Source of the DNA: a virus
Lineage: Duplodnaviria; Caudoviricetes
DNA length: 64,000 nucleotides
Reading direction: 5' to 3' (one strand)
Virus record (IMG/VR): IMGVR_UViG_3300047539_000055
A model generated the notes under the pieces. It was not told the DNA's origin. It was given only the letters and a program-made list of their open reading frames with translations, and searched no databases. Positions 17,922 to 25,793 of this stretch are shown piece after piece (the stretch's first letter is position 1; each line of letters starts with the position of its first letter). Position numbers and translations under genes: made by a program.

Positions 17922-18386
17922 ATGAAGATTGATACACGTACATTTACTCATGCAGGATCAAGCGCTGATGCATCTGGAGTTTTCAAGGCGCGATTTGCCA
18001 ACGGACTCAGCACTCGTCCGAAGGTTATGGAAAAGGTTTTTGGTTATAGCAACGTGACTTTTGTTGAGTTGCCTAACGAAATGACCAAACTTGAGGCTAT
18101 TGCCTATCTTTTGGAAACAAAGCCAGAAGGTGTAAATTTGGCATCGCTTGAAGCGAAGCGCACTTACATCAACAATCAGATTGCAAAGATTGATGGTACT
18201 GTGGTTGGTCGCAAGCGTGGCCGTCCAGTGGGTTCAGGAAAGAAGAACAAGGTTACTGTTGAGTCAAAAACTCCTACAGTTGTAGTCGTTCCTTCACCTG
18301 ACAGTATCGTTTCACAGATTGTTGCATCAGCGCGTGGTAATTCAATTCGCGCCAAGGCAGCAAGGGTAGCAGCGGCAAAGAAGTAA
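17922..18386 (+). CDS. basic DNA-binding-like protein with AT-hook
   Basis: KRGRP motif, Ala/Lys-rich tail. Confidence 0.65.
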   Translation: MKIDTRTFTHAGSSADASGVFKARFANGLSTRPKVMEKVFGYSNVTFVELPNEMTKLEAIAYLLETKPEGVNLASLEAKRTYINNQIAKIDGTVVGRKRGRPVGSGKKNKVTVESKTPTVVVVPSPDSIVSQIVASARGNSIRAKAARVAAAKK

Positions 18387-18459
18387 TTTGTTACTAAGTA
18401 AAATTTGATAATTTAGTAAAAGATAATTTAGTATGTGGTGTAATACCAAGCTGTTTTAC

Positions 18460-18494
18460 AAAACTGCGGCCAACTGTATAGAGGCCGCAGTTTT
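18460..18494. terminator. bidirectional terminator
   Basis: aaaactgcggcc...ggccgcagtttt. Confidence 0.75.
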
Positions 18495-18520
18495 GATGTA
18501 AATAATGGAGAGGGAATTGC

Positions 18521-18844
18521 ATGAACGATAATCTTCTGTCAAAAATTAATTTACTCCGTCAGCAAATTCAGAAATATAATTCGTTGGATGATTGGTGGGA
18601 AAAGTGTATTTTCACCCCAGTTATGAGAGTGTTTTGGCCGCAGATAATTGTATTAGCTTTGATAGAAGTTGTCATTTGTCATACGGGAAATTGGCTTGCC
18701 GCTCTTTTATGTTTGGCTATTATAGTTTCAAAAATTTATAGCACTATCAGTTTGTTGGGTAACAATTTGATGCATGGATATTTGGTGCAACGACTTGGCA
18801 ACGATATTACGATTCCCACCATTGAAAAAATTCAAGAACCATAA
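18521..18844 (+). CDS. membrane protein
   Basis: two TM helices; RBS. Confidence 0.5.
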   Translation: MNDNLLSKINLLRQQIQKYNSLDDWWEKCIFTPVMRVFWPQIIVLALIEVVICHTGNWLAALLCLAIIVSKIYSTISLLGNNLMHGYLVQRLGNDITIPTIEKIQEP

Positions 18845-18851
18845 GGAAATT

Positions 18852-19157
18852 ATGTTAACATCAAAAGTTTTGACGATTCAAGAGCATCAAGAAATAATTG
18901 GAAGTCGTTTTCAATTAGCACAATTGGTAATGGCGCGAACCAAGCAGTTATACAATGGCGCTCCGATTTATAAGGCAGTTGGAACAGTTGGTTCAGAACT
19001 AAACCCAAAGTTTCGTGATGAAATTCCATTACAGCGATATACAAAGATCGCTTTGGAGGAAATTCGTTTAAAGCAGTTCAATTGGAAACGAAACACAACT
19101 ACTTTGCCAGAGGCAGAGCTATTATCCGACCCAAATGAAATAGTTTTTGGTTCGTAA
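18852..19157 (+). CDS. rpoZ: RNA polymerase omega subunit homolog
   Basis: IGSRFQLAQLVMARTKQL..GA ... KIALEEI; AAGGA RBS before ATG 18852. Confidence 0.75.
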   Translation: MLTSKVLTIQEHQEIIGSRFQLAQLVMARTKQLYNGAPIYKAVGTVGSELNPKFRDEIPLQRYTKIALEEIRLKQFNWKRNTTTLPEAELLSDPNEIVFGS

Positions 19158-19259
19158 CTGATCGAAAATCCCTATGCTCTTGATTTCAAAGGGTATAGGA
19201 ATTTTTTTTGTCTATTGACATTTGGTTGGCATCATGTTATAATCATTTTAGGTGAAAGT

Positions 19260-19910
19260 ATGCTTTTGGTAGGTGACATTCACGGTCATTTGGATTCGTT
19301 CAGGCGGAAAATGAAGAAATTTCGCAAGGAATTTCCAAACGATACTGTGGTACAAGTCGGTGATTTGGGAATAGGTTTTCCGAAGTCGCAAAGTGCTGTT
19401 CTGCCAGAGCATTGCAGGTTCATTCGTGGAAATCACGACAATCCGGCAGTGTGCAGAGTTCATCCAAATTACTTGGGTGATTTTGGAAGTGCAGAAATTG
19501 ATGGTCACTCGGTTTTCTTTGTGAGTGGTGCATGGTCTATTGATAGAGCCTTGCGTATTGAAGGTGTTGATTGGTGGTCGGAAGAGGAATTAACAATTGC
19601 TGAATTGAATACAGCATTGGACGCATACATTGAAGCGAAGCCAGAAATTATGATTACGCATGATGCTCCGCATCCAGCGTCTCATTATTTGTTGAATCGT
19701 TTTGCTCTGCAATCTCAGGCATGGTATAAAGAATCGTCTGTGAATCCAACAAGAACTGGGCAAGCGTTATCGGCAATGTTTGAGGCGTATCAACCAAAGC
19801 AATGGTTTTTTGGCCACTGGCACACCGATTGGGAAAAGCAAATTGGAAACACTCGGTTTTTGTGTCTCAATGAATTGAGTTTTAAACACGTTGACGAACC
19901 AGAAAGGTAA
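19260..19910 (+). CDS. calcineurin-like metallophosphoesterase
   Basis: GDIHG, VGDLG, GNHD, THDAP, FGHWH. Confidence 0.9.
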   Translation: MLLVGDIHGHLDSFRRKMKKFRKEFPNDTVVQVGDLGIGFPKSQSAVLPEHCRFIRGNHDNPAVCRVHPNYLGDFGSAEIDGHSVFFVSGAWSIDRALRIEGVDWWSEEELTIAELNTALDAYIEAKPEIMITHDAPHPASHYLLNRFALQSQAWYKESSVNPTRTGQALSAMFEAYQPKQWFFGHWHTDWEKQIGNTRFLCLNELSFKHVDEPER

Positions 19911-20061
19911 GTATGTTAACTCGCATAGTTTTAATCATTTTGTGTTGTCTCTATTTCAGAGAAAGGGAAAGACGAGAAAAAGTAAGTCACAGAGGAAAGA
20001 TGTATTTGTGGGTTTTTCTTATTCTACTTTTTACTCCGAGTCCAATTTAAGAAAGGGAAAT

Positions 20062-20289
20062 ATGAAAAATCCTAGTAAGAAATTTAATAAGCCTGTTGGA
20101 TATGTGGCACGAGTTAATTTGCCAAAGGGATATACAAATCAATACCCTTTTGAAGATGGAGAAACGGTTTTTGTTTTTGGTGAAATTTATCTTATGCCAG
20201 AACATTGTGTCGTAGCAACTAGGGATGGAAAAGTTTTGTGGGGATATCACACAGAGCATTTCATTCCACTAACCGAAGACGAACTTTAG
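20062..20289 (+). CDS. hypothetical protein
   Basis: AAGGG RBS before ATG 20062. Confidence 0.55.
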   Translation: MKNPSKKFNKPVGYVARVNLPKGYTNQYPFEDGETVFVFGEIYLMPEHCVVATRDGKVLWGYHTEHFIPLTEDEL

Positions 20290-20299
20290 AAAGGAAAAT

Positions 20300-20500
20300 A
20301 TGGCAAGCAAAATTCGTAAACCTGGAAAGTTTAGTAAGGTCACAGCAGTAAAGTTGAACGCTCGTGATCAAGTGGGTACGCCTAAAGCGTCCTTCGCAAT
20401 TACACCAAAAAACCAGCGTGAGCCGCGTTACAAGGAATCGTGGCAGGATTACGCTGATTCTGAATTTGAAGACTTGAAGGAAGATTTGGAAAAGTTATGA
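20300..20500 (+). CDS. hypothetical basic protein
   Basis: AAGGA RBS; ends DLEKL. Confidence 0.55.
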   Translation: MASKIRKPGKFSKVTAVKLNARDQVGTPKASFAITPKNQREPRYKESWQDYADSEFEDLKEDLEKL

Positions 20501-20673
20501 TTACATGGCACGAATTAATTATAAATTTTGCCGAGATTTTTTCAATGCTTGGTGTAGGATGTTTATTATTAGGTACTTTTTATTTTGTGGGTACGCTTCC
20601 TACACGGATATTTAATTACCTTGAACGCAAAGAACAACTCAAGAAAGATTTTTTGAGAAAGTTGGAAAGCTAA
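20497..20673 (+). CDS. small TM protein ending DFLRKLES (tail family A)
   Basis: hand-translated 58-aa ORF below the ORF-track cutoff. Confidence 0.6.
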   Translation: MITWHELIINFAEIFSMLGVGCLLLGTFYFVGTLPTRIFNYLERKEQLKKDFLRKLES

Positions 20674-20674
20674 T

Positions 20675-20830
20675 ATGAGGCACTGGAATATAAATGGTGC
20701 TGGGCGCTATTGGATATTATTATCGTGGTATACTGATCGTGAAAATTGGCCAGATGGCATTACAAAAAAATTCTTTACATCTGAGCAAGAAGCCATCGCG
20801 GTAATGGTTTTGGAAAAGTTGGAAAGCTGA
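20675..20830 (+). CDS. small protein ending FTSEQEAIAVMVLEKLES (tail family A)
   Basis: hand-translated 51-aa ORF. Confidence 0.6.
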   Translation: MRHWNINGAGRYWILLSWYTDRENWPDGITKKFFTSEQEAIAVMVLEKLES

Positions 20831-20915
20831 TGATCACGCAAGAACATATTATAATGACGCTGGCAATAGTTGAAGCCATTACATATTTCATAATTTTGTA
20901 TAGATTGGAAAGAGA

Positions 20916-21098
20916 ATGAAATCATTTATATATGGTATAGAACTTATTGGTTTGGCTGTTGTATGGTCTGTATCTATAACAGCATTTGTTTTTGGCTGGC
21001 TGTATTTTTGGACGAATAAAGTTCCAATGTGGATAGATAATTATTTTGGTAAAAAAGAAAAACTCAAGCAAGATTTTTTGAGGAAATTGGAAAGTTAA
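20916..21098 (+). CDS. small TM protein ending DFLRKLES (tail family A)
   Basis: paralog of 20497..20673. Confidence 0.6.
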   Translation: MKSFIYGIELIGLAVVWSVSITAFVFGWLYFWTNKVPMWIDNYFGKKEKLKQDFLRKLES

Positions 21099-21100
21099 TT

Positions 21101-21247
21101 ATGAATTTTTATGACAAACTCGTAACTATTTTTTTGATTCTAGCATTTACGCTTGTTCAACTTGAAGACTTGCGTTGGAAACGAGAACTACGAAAATTTA
21201 AACAACAAAAAGAAGGCGAAGATTTTTTGAAAAAGTTGGAGAGCTAA
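21101..21247 (+). CDS. small TM protein ending DFLKKLES (tail family A)
   Basis: hand-translated 48-aa ORF. Confidence 0.55.
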   Translation: MNFYDKLVTIFLILAFTLVQLEDLRWKRELRKFKQQKEGEDFLKKLES

Positions 21248-21477
21248 TGGCAAATGATTTAAAAACTATTTCGTTACCTGATACAATAGGTGTTCCGCTT
21301 AAAGTGGATGATTGGGTTGTATATGCAACAGATGTATTCAATGGTCAGCTACGTGTTGGACAAGTTGCCCGATTCAACGAGAAATCAATCATTGTTAAAC
21401 GAACAAGAGGAAAAAATGTTCGTTTGACAAGTTCACAACTTATCAAAGTTTCAGAAGAACAATTGACACTCTACTAG
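21247..21477 (+). CDS. small KOW/SH3-like protein (KVGD family)
   Basis: D..G.PLKVDDWVVY...VSEEQL. Confidence 0.55.
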   Translation: MANDLKTISLPDTIGVPLKVDDWVVYATDVFNGQLRVGQVARFNEKSIIVKRTRGKNVRLTSSQLIKVSEEQLTLY

Positions 21478-21573
21478 TTTTCATTATAAATCAATTTTGG
21501 TTTATGACCATACTAGTTGACAAACCCACTAAATAAGAGTAGAATAGAGTAGTAGTCAAAAGTGGGGTGTGAA

Positions 21574-21852
21574 ATGGCGCGATGGTTTGAAGATGAAATT
21601 GCTGATAAGATTCGCACTGCCGAAAATCATGTAATCCTAATTCCTGCGCAAAATCCTGACGCTGGTATTGATATGGTTGATGTGTATGATGGAGTGACAG
21701 GGAAATTTATCGCGGCTGATGTTCCCGAATCGCCAGCGCGAGAGTTCGTTATCATTTGGAATGAATTGGTTGATGCTGGTGACAATACTGAATCTGTAAA
21801 GAAACTCAATCTTGAATGGCTCATTCAAAGCAGAAAGAGATATGGTTGCTAA
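21574..21852 (+). CDS. hypothetical protein
   Basis: downstream of a TTGACA..TAGAAT promoter at about 21517. Confidence 0.55.
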   Translation: MARWFEDEIADKIRTAENHVILIPAQNPDAGIDMVDVYDGVTGKFIAADVPESPAREFVIIWNELVDAGDNTESVKKLNLEWLIQSRKRYGC

Positions 21853-22040
21853 TGAAAAAGCTGAAAACGGAAAATTTTGCAAAATGCTCAATGGCGTTAG
21901 ATTTTATTGACGGATTGAAAAAGAAAAACAAAAAGTGCGAAGGGTATCTAAATTGCACTTCAAATAAAGATTATAGCAAAGTTGAATGGCACGTAACCTA
22001 TAATCCTGAACTTTTGAAAGTTGTAGAAAGGAAGACATAA
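21852..22040 (+). CDS. hypothetical protein
   Basis: coupled TAATG junction. Confidence 0.45.
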   Translation: MKKLKTENFAKCSMALDFIDGLKKKNKKCEGYLNCTSNKDYSKVEWHVTYNPELLKVVERKT

Positions 22041-22238
22041 ATGTTTGATAAAGAAGTAAAAGTTGGCGATACGATTTTATTGCAAGGTGATAACGGAGTG
22101 GTAGAAGCTAAAATTCTTAAATGTTCTGCTAATTACAAAGCAGTATTAGTAAGATTTGTAGCAAAGGGATTTTTTGCCCGTCCACAAACCGATATATGGA
22201 AAGAAACTTGCTATATACTTGATTTAGTAAAAGATTGA
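22041..22238 (+). CDS. small KVGD-family protein
   Basis: EVKVGDTILL. Confidence 0.5.
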   Translation: MFDKEVKVGDTILLQGDNGVVEAKILKCSANYKAVLVRFVAKGFFARPQTDIWKETCYILDLVKD

Positions 22239-22634
22239 CTATAGAGAAAAGAACTGATTTTCAAAAGTAAATTTTTCTTGAATTTGTTGAGGATTGTATC
22301 GTCCATTTCTTAGCGTAACTTTTTTGTATTCGGCAAGTATTAATTCTGCCCTACGTTTCTTTTTTGGTTCTAATAAAAATGGAGTAATTTGTTCTAAGCA
22401 AGATATGGCAGCATCATAATGAAGTTTCCAAGACCATGATGGTTTGTGATGTTTCTTGTAAATTTTATGTGAACTAATAGAACCACCAAAAGTGGTTTTC
22501 ATAAATTGTAATAGTTCGTAAGTAGTATTTGATATTTCAATAACTGGGTGACGAAAGGTTTCGTTTTTGTTTGCTTTTAAAAGCGAAATACTTCCCTCAC
22601 CATCAATTAAACCAGCAGCGTAAGCATTTTTCAT
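22239..22634 (-). CDS. single-motif LAGLIDADG homing endonuclease
   Basis: AYAAGLIDGEGSI; GGAG RBS; CTAAATA late promoter. Confidence 0.88.
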   Translation of the reverse strand: MKNAYAAGLIDGEGSISLLKANKNETFRHPVIEISNTTYELLQFMKTTFGGSISSHKIYKKHHKPSWSWKLHYDAAISCLEQITPFLLEPKKKRRAELILAEYKKVTLRNGRYNPQQIQEKFTFENQFFSL

Positions 22635-22699
22635 AAATGTTCTCCGTTGTATTTAGCCGAACAAGTGGTATTTATACCCCTTGTCCTAAAATAAAAAGC

Positions 22700-23036
22700 T
22701 TAACAGTCGAAAGACTGAAACGCTCGTGAAAGGAGACAACCTCTATATATATTCGGACGTGACTAGCATTATGTCACCGGATCCACCAAATTTTTGATTT
22801 ATGTTTAGACACGAATTGTCTATACGGGTCCGACAAGATTCGACGGGTATATAAACGGGAAGTTACGAGCCAGGTTGTGGTACTCGCCCCTGTAAAAAGG
22901 AGAGAACTATTTATAATCGCTAACTCTGTTAACGATGGCACGGAAGTTTACACACACAGTGTAAAAATCCGTGTGCCAGTAATGGCGTAAGCCAGTACTC
23001 CGCAGCGTGGCCCCGACTGTGTAAAAGAAACGGGGC
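22700..23036 (+). ncRNA. ssrA: circularly permuted (two-piece) tmRNA
   Basis: 3' acceptor CGGATCC-A-CCA ends at 22788, upstream of 5' end GGGTCCGACAAGATTCGACGGG at 22826; G3:U70 pair; tag frame 22919-22990 ANSVNDGTEVYTHSVKIRVPVMA*; outer ends approximate. Confidence 0.85.
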
Positions 23037-23046
23037 AACTACTTTT

Positions 23047-23214
23047 ATGAAACGAGAAATCACATTCGAAATTAAAAAATATGAGCAGTTTTTCAATAAT
23101 CAGTGGATTGTTTGGAAAATTGATAACGCCGCTTCAGATCGGGAATTTCTTGGAAGATTTGACACCGAGCAACTAGCAGAACAATTTGTAATGTTGAAAA
23201 AGTTGGAACAATGA
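23047..23214 (+). CDS. small protein ending FDTEQLAEQFVMLKKLEQ (tail family A)
   Basis: hand-translated 55-aa ORF. Confidence 0.6.
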   Translation: MKREITFEIKKYEQFFNNQWIVWKIDNAASDREFLGRFDTEQLAEQFVMLKKLEQ

Positions 23215-23483
23215 ATCTTTCCGAAATGAAATTACCGATTATCAATAAAGTTTTTTCGGAACTGATCTTTGCTGATATTTATGGTATACAACCAATGACA
23301 AAATTAGTGGGAACAAAAATAACGTATCATTGGAGCATTAAGGGGTATGAACATCAATGGATGCTTATACGAGAAGAAATTCATCCAATATTTTCATTGT
23401 TAAGTCCAATGCCAATTTATAGAATATTTGACACCGAGCAAGAAGCAATTGAAGCGATGGTTTTAGAAAAGTTGGAATACTAA
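23211..23483 (+). CDS. small protein: gp23-like N-terminal fragment plus tail FDTEQEAIEAMVLEKLEY
   Basis: LIFADIYGIQPM resembles the T4 major capsid motif; family A tail. Confidence 0.65.
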   Translation: MNLSEMKLPIINKVFSELIFADIYGIQPMTKLVGTKITYHWSIKGYEHQWMLIREEIHPIFSLLSPMPIYRIFDTEQEAIEAMVLEKLEY

Positions 23484-23854
23484 TGTCAACGATACCGCAG
23501 GGCAATCAGAGAATTTCAGTAGCGTTTGGTAATCAGGGAAATGTTGCTGGCGCAATAATTACTTCTGCTGGAAGTGCATGTGTTTCACTAGGACCGCAAG
23601 GTAATCAAGGGCCACAAGGTGCGGTTGCAGTAAACATAAGCAGTAGAAAACACTGGCGTATTGAATTTAGAAAAGCACATTTTTTAAAACGATTGTGGGA
23701 TAAAGGTTATTGGGTTTTAAAAACTTGGTATGAATATGATCATGATGGTTCACCGTACATATATCCTTCATATATCTTTAATGATCAAACCAGAACTTTT
23801 GCCACAGAACAAGAAGCAATCAATGTTCAAGTATTAGAACAGTTGGAACAATAA
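23483..23854 (+). CDS. protein with short G-x-Q repeat plus family A tail
   Basis: GPQGNQGPQG; ends FATEQEAINVQVLEQLEQ. Confidence 0.6.
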   Translation: MSTIPQGNQRISVAFGNQGNVAGAIITSAGSACVSLGPQGNQGPQGAVAVNISSRKHWRIEFRKAHFLKRLWDKGYWVLKTWYEYDHDGSPYIYPSYIFNDQTRTFATEQEAINVQVLEQLEQ

Positions 23855-24057
23855 TGGAACGCGAATTTGCAAGGCCAGTCGATGATAGACTTAACAAAAT
23901 ATTTTATGAAATTCACCCGACTAAGTTTGCGTTTTGTAGAAACTGGCAATGGCAGTTGAATATATATCACGGTTTGAATGGTGGACTTAGACGATATTTG
24001 TTTAGAACAGAAGAACAAGCCGAACAATATGCAATGTTGAAAAAATTAGAAGAATAA
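23854..24057 (+). CDS. small protein, family A tail
   Basis: ends FRTEEQAEQYAMLKKLEE. Confidence 0.6.
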   Translation: MEREFARPVDDRLNKIFYEIHPTKFAFCRNWQWQLNIYHGLNGGLRRYLFRTEEQAEQYAMLKKLEE

Positions 24058-24071
24058 GAAAGTAGAAATAA

Positions 24072-24629
24072 ATGAAAATCCAATTTTTAGATTGTGAAAT
24101 GCTCTGTTGGGAAAATGGCATTGCACCGCAAGGGCAGACAAATCATATTATTCAAATCGGAATTGCAGAAGTCTCCACGGATACTTTGACAATCACGCGC
24201 AGTAAAAACTATTACATTCGTCCATCCAATCGTGATTTTGACTTGACTGATTACTGTCAGGATTTGACAGGAATTTCTAAATCATTGTTGGTTGATGAAG
24301 GTCACTACTTTCCAGAAGTTATGCAGTCCATCAAGAAACAATTTGGTGGCAATACGCCGACCTTTGCATGGGGAGATGATTATCGTCCTATTATGGAACA
24401 TTGTTTAATTTACGATGTTTCTAATCCTTGGTTAGAAATGGGAATTGATGATTTTGGTATATTATTTCGCGGTTTTTATAATATTCAGAAAAAACTTCCA
24501 CTTAAAACAGCGTTGGATAGATTACATTTGAAATTTGAAGGTTGCCCTCACAACGCAATCAATGATGCAGTTGCCTTATCCGCACTCTATATGGAAACTT
24601 GCAAGAGAGTTAGAGTCAATAAAATTTAA
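24072..24629 (+). CDS. DEDDh 3'-5' exonuclease (ERI-1/KapD-like)
   Basis: FLDCEM.CW, IIQIG, LTGI, WGDD, HNAINDA. Confidence 0.85.
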   Translation: MKIQFLDCEMLCWENGIAPQGQTNHIIQIGIAEVSTDTLTITRSKNYYIRPSNRDFDLTDYCQDLTGISKSLLVDEGHYFPEVMQSIKKQFGGNTPTFAWGDDYRPIMEHCLIYDVSNPWLEMGIDDFGILFRGFYNIQKKLPLKTALDRLHLKFEGCPHNAINDAVALSALYMETCKRVRVNKI

Positions 24630-24763
24630 GTGGAAATTTAAGGGAATCCCAACCTACAAATTCTGTAGTGATGAAATAGACCTTCGTTGGGTAAAACAGC
24701 TTGCAGATATGGTTGCAAGATAACCAATGATATAAGTAGTCATACCGTTTGGTACTCATGCGC

Positions 24764-25564
24764 TCAATAGCAATGATTTGAGAGGCGGCAAAATTCCGAA
24801 GTGGCATAAGGGAAATCTTCGGCTACAGATAATTTTGATTTGCAACGTTTCAAATGAAGAGTCATATTTTTATGAAAACACTCTTTTTGACAATATTTAC
24901 ATTTTTCGCGGGAGCGAGGACTTTGAACCATACCTAATTGTCTTTTTCTTTCCCAAGTATCTTTTTTCTTTTTAATGGCTTGCGCAGAAGCACAATTATT
25001 CATTGTACCGTTTTTCTTCTTAGTGGCTAAAATTTTAGCAATAATATTTGTATTATTTTCAGTTGTTCCATTTGCTCTTTTAGTTGCTAAAATTTTTTGA
25101 ACTACTAATGGAGTAAGAACATTTAGTGTACCATTTAATTTCTTTGTAGTAAGTTGTTTCGCTATAATTAATGGAGAATCATTGTTCGTGCCGTTTTTCT
25201 TTTTAGTTTCTTTACATTTCTTGATTTCTTCTTGAGTTATGGAACGACCACTATTGCCATCACCGCCCACAGTTCTATTTCTCAAACATCCAGTCCCCAA
25301 ATCAATACGACCAAATAATTGAATTAAATTTATTTCCAAGTCAAAGGAAACCAATTCTTTCATATGTTCGTATACAAATTGAATGCGATTCCGATCTTTT
25401 GGAACGGAAATTCCTTTTTGGTGTTTAGCAAATGCTCTATTGTCGAAACCTTTACCAATATAATATGGCGTCCCAGCTAATCCATTTATAGAGTCTTTTT
25501 CGCGCAGATACATATAGACATAGAATCTATTGTCTTGGTGAAATGTAATGGGATAAATATTCAT
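24764..25564 (-). CDS. free-standing GIY-YIG-like homing endonuclease with TKKxNGT repeats
   Basis: FYVYMYLR...PYYIGKG..RA, LRNRTVGGDG; four K..ATKK.NGT repeats; C-terminal C2HC-like finger. Confidence 0.8.
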   Translation of the reverse strand: MNIYPITFHQDNRFYVYMYLREKDSINGLAGTPYYIGKGFDNRAFAKHQKGISVPKDRNRIQFVYEHMKELVSFDLEINLIQLFGRIDLGTGCLRNRTVGGDGNSGRSITQEEIKKCKETKKKNGTNNDSPLIIAKQLTTKKLNGTLNVLTPLVVQKILATKRANGTTENNTNIIAKILATKKKNGTMNNCASAQAIKKKKDTWERKRQLGMVQSPRSREKCKYCQKECFHKNMTLHLKRCKSKLSVAEDFPYATSEFCRLSNHCY

Positions 25565-25633
25565 AGCTGATCGCCTCCATTGGCATTAGAGCGATTGGGA
25601 ATTAGAGTTCCGTGAATCGCATTAGTATTTATC
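25552..25633 (+). ncRNA. candidate two-hairpin antisense RNA element, copy 2
   Basis: GATAAATA - CUGAU.GCC/GGC.AUUAG stem with loop UCCAUU - GCGAUU/AAUCGC stem with inner GGAA/UUCC - TATTTATC. Confidence 0.7.
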
Positions 25634-25793
25634 CCAAATAGGGAACTCCACGGCTGTAGATTACAAAAGTGGAAGAATAATATTACTATGGTAAATTACT
25701 ATGGTAATGTTGTTTTTCTACTTTTTGTATGTTACACTCTGTTTATGGCAACATCGTTGCCGAACTAAATTTACAAGAAAAGGAAAACAATTT

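Noticed and set aside
22239-22634. Group I intron or intein hosting the LAGLIDADG ORF
   Set aside because: Flanking ORFs look complete, the gene has its own promoter and RBS, and the adjacent structured region is explained by tmRNA
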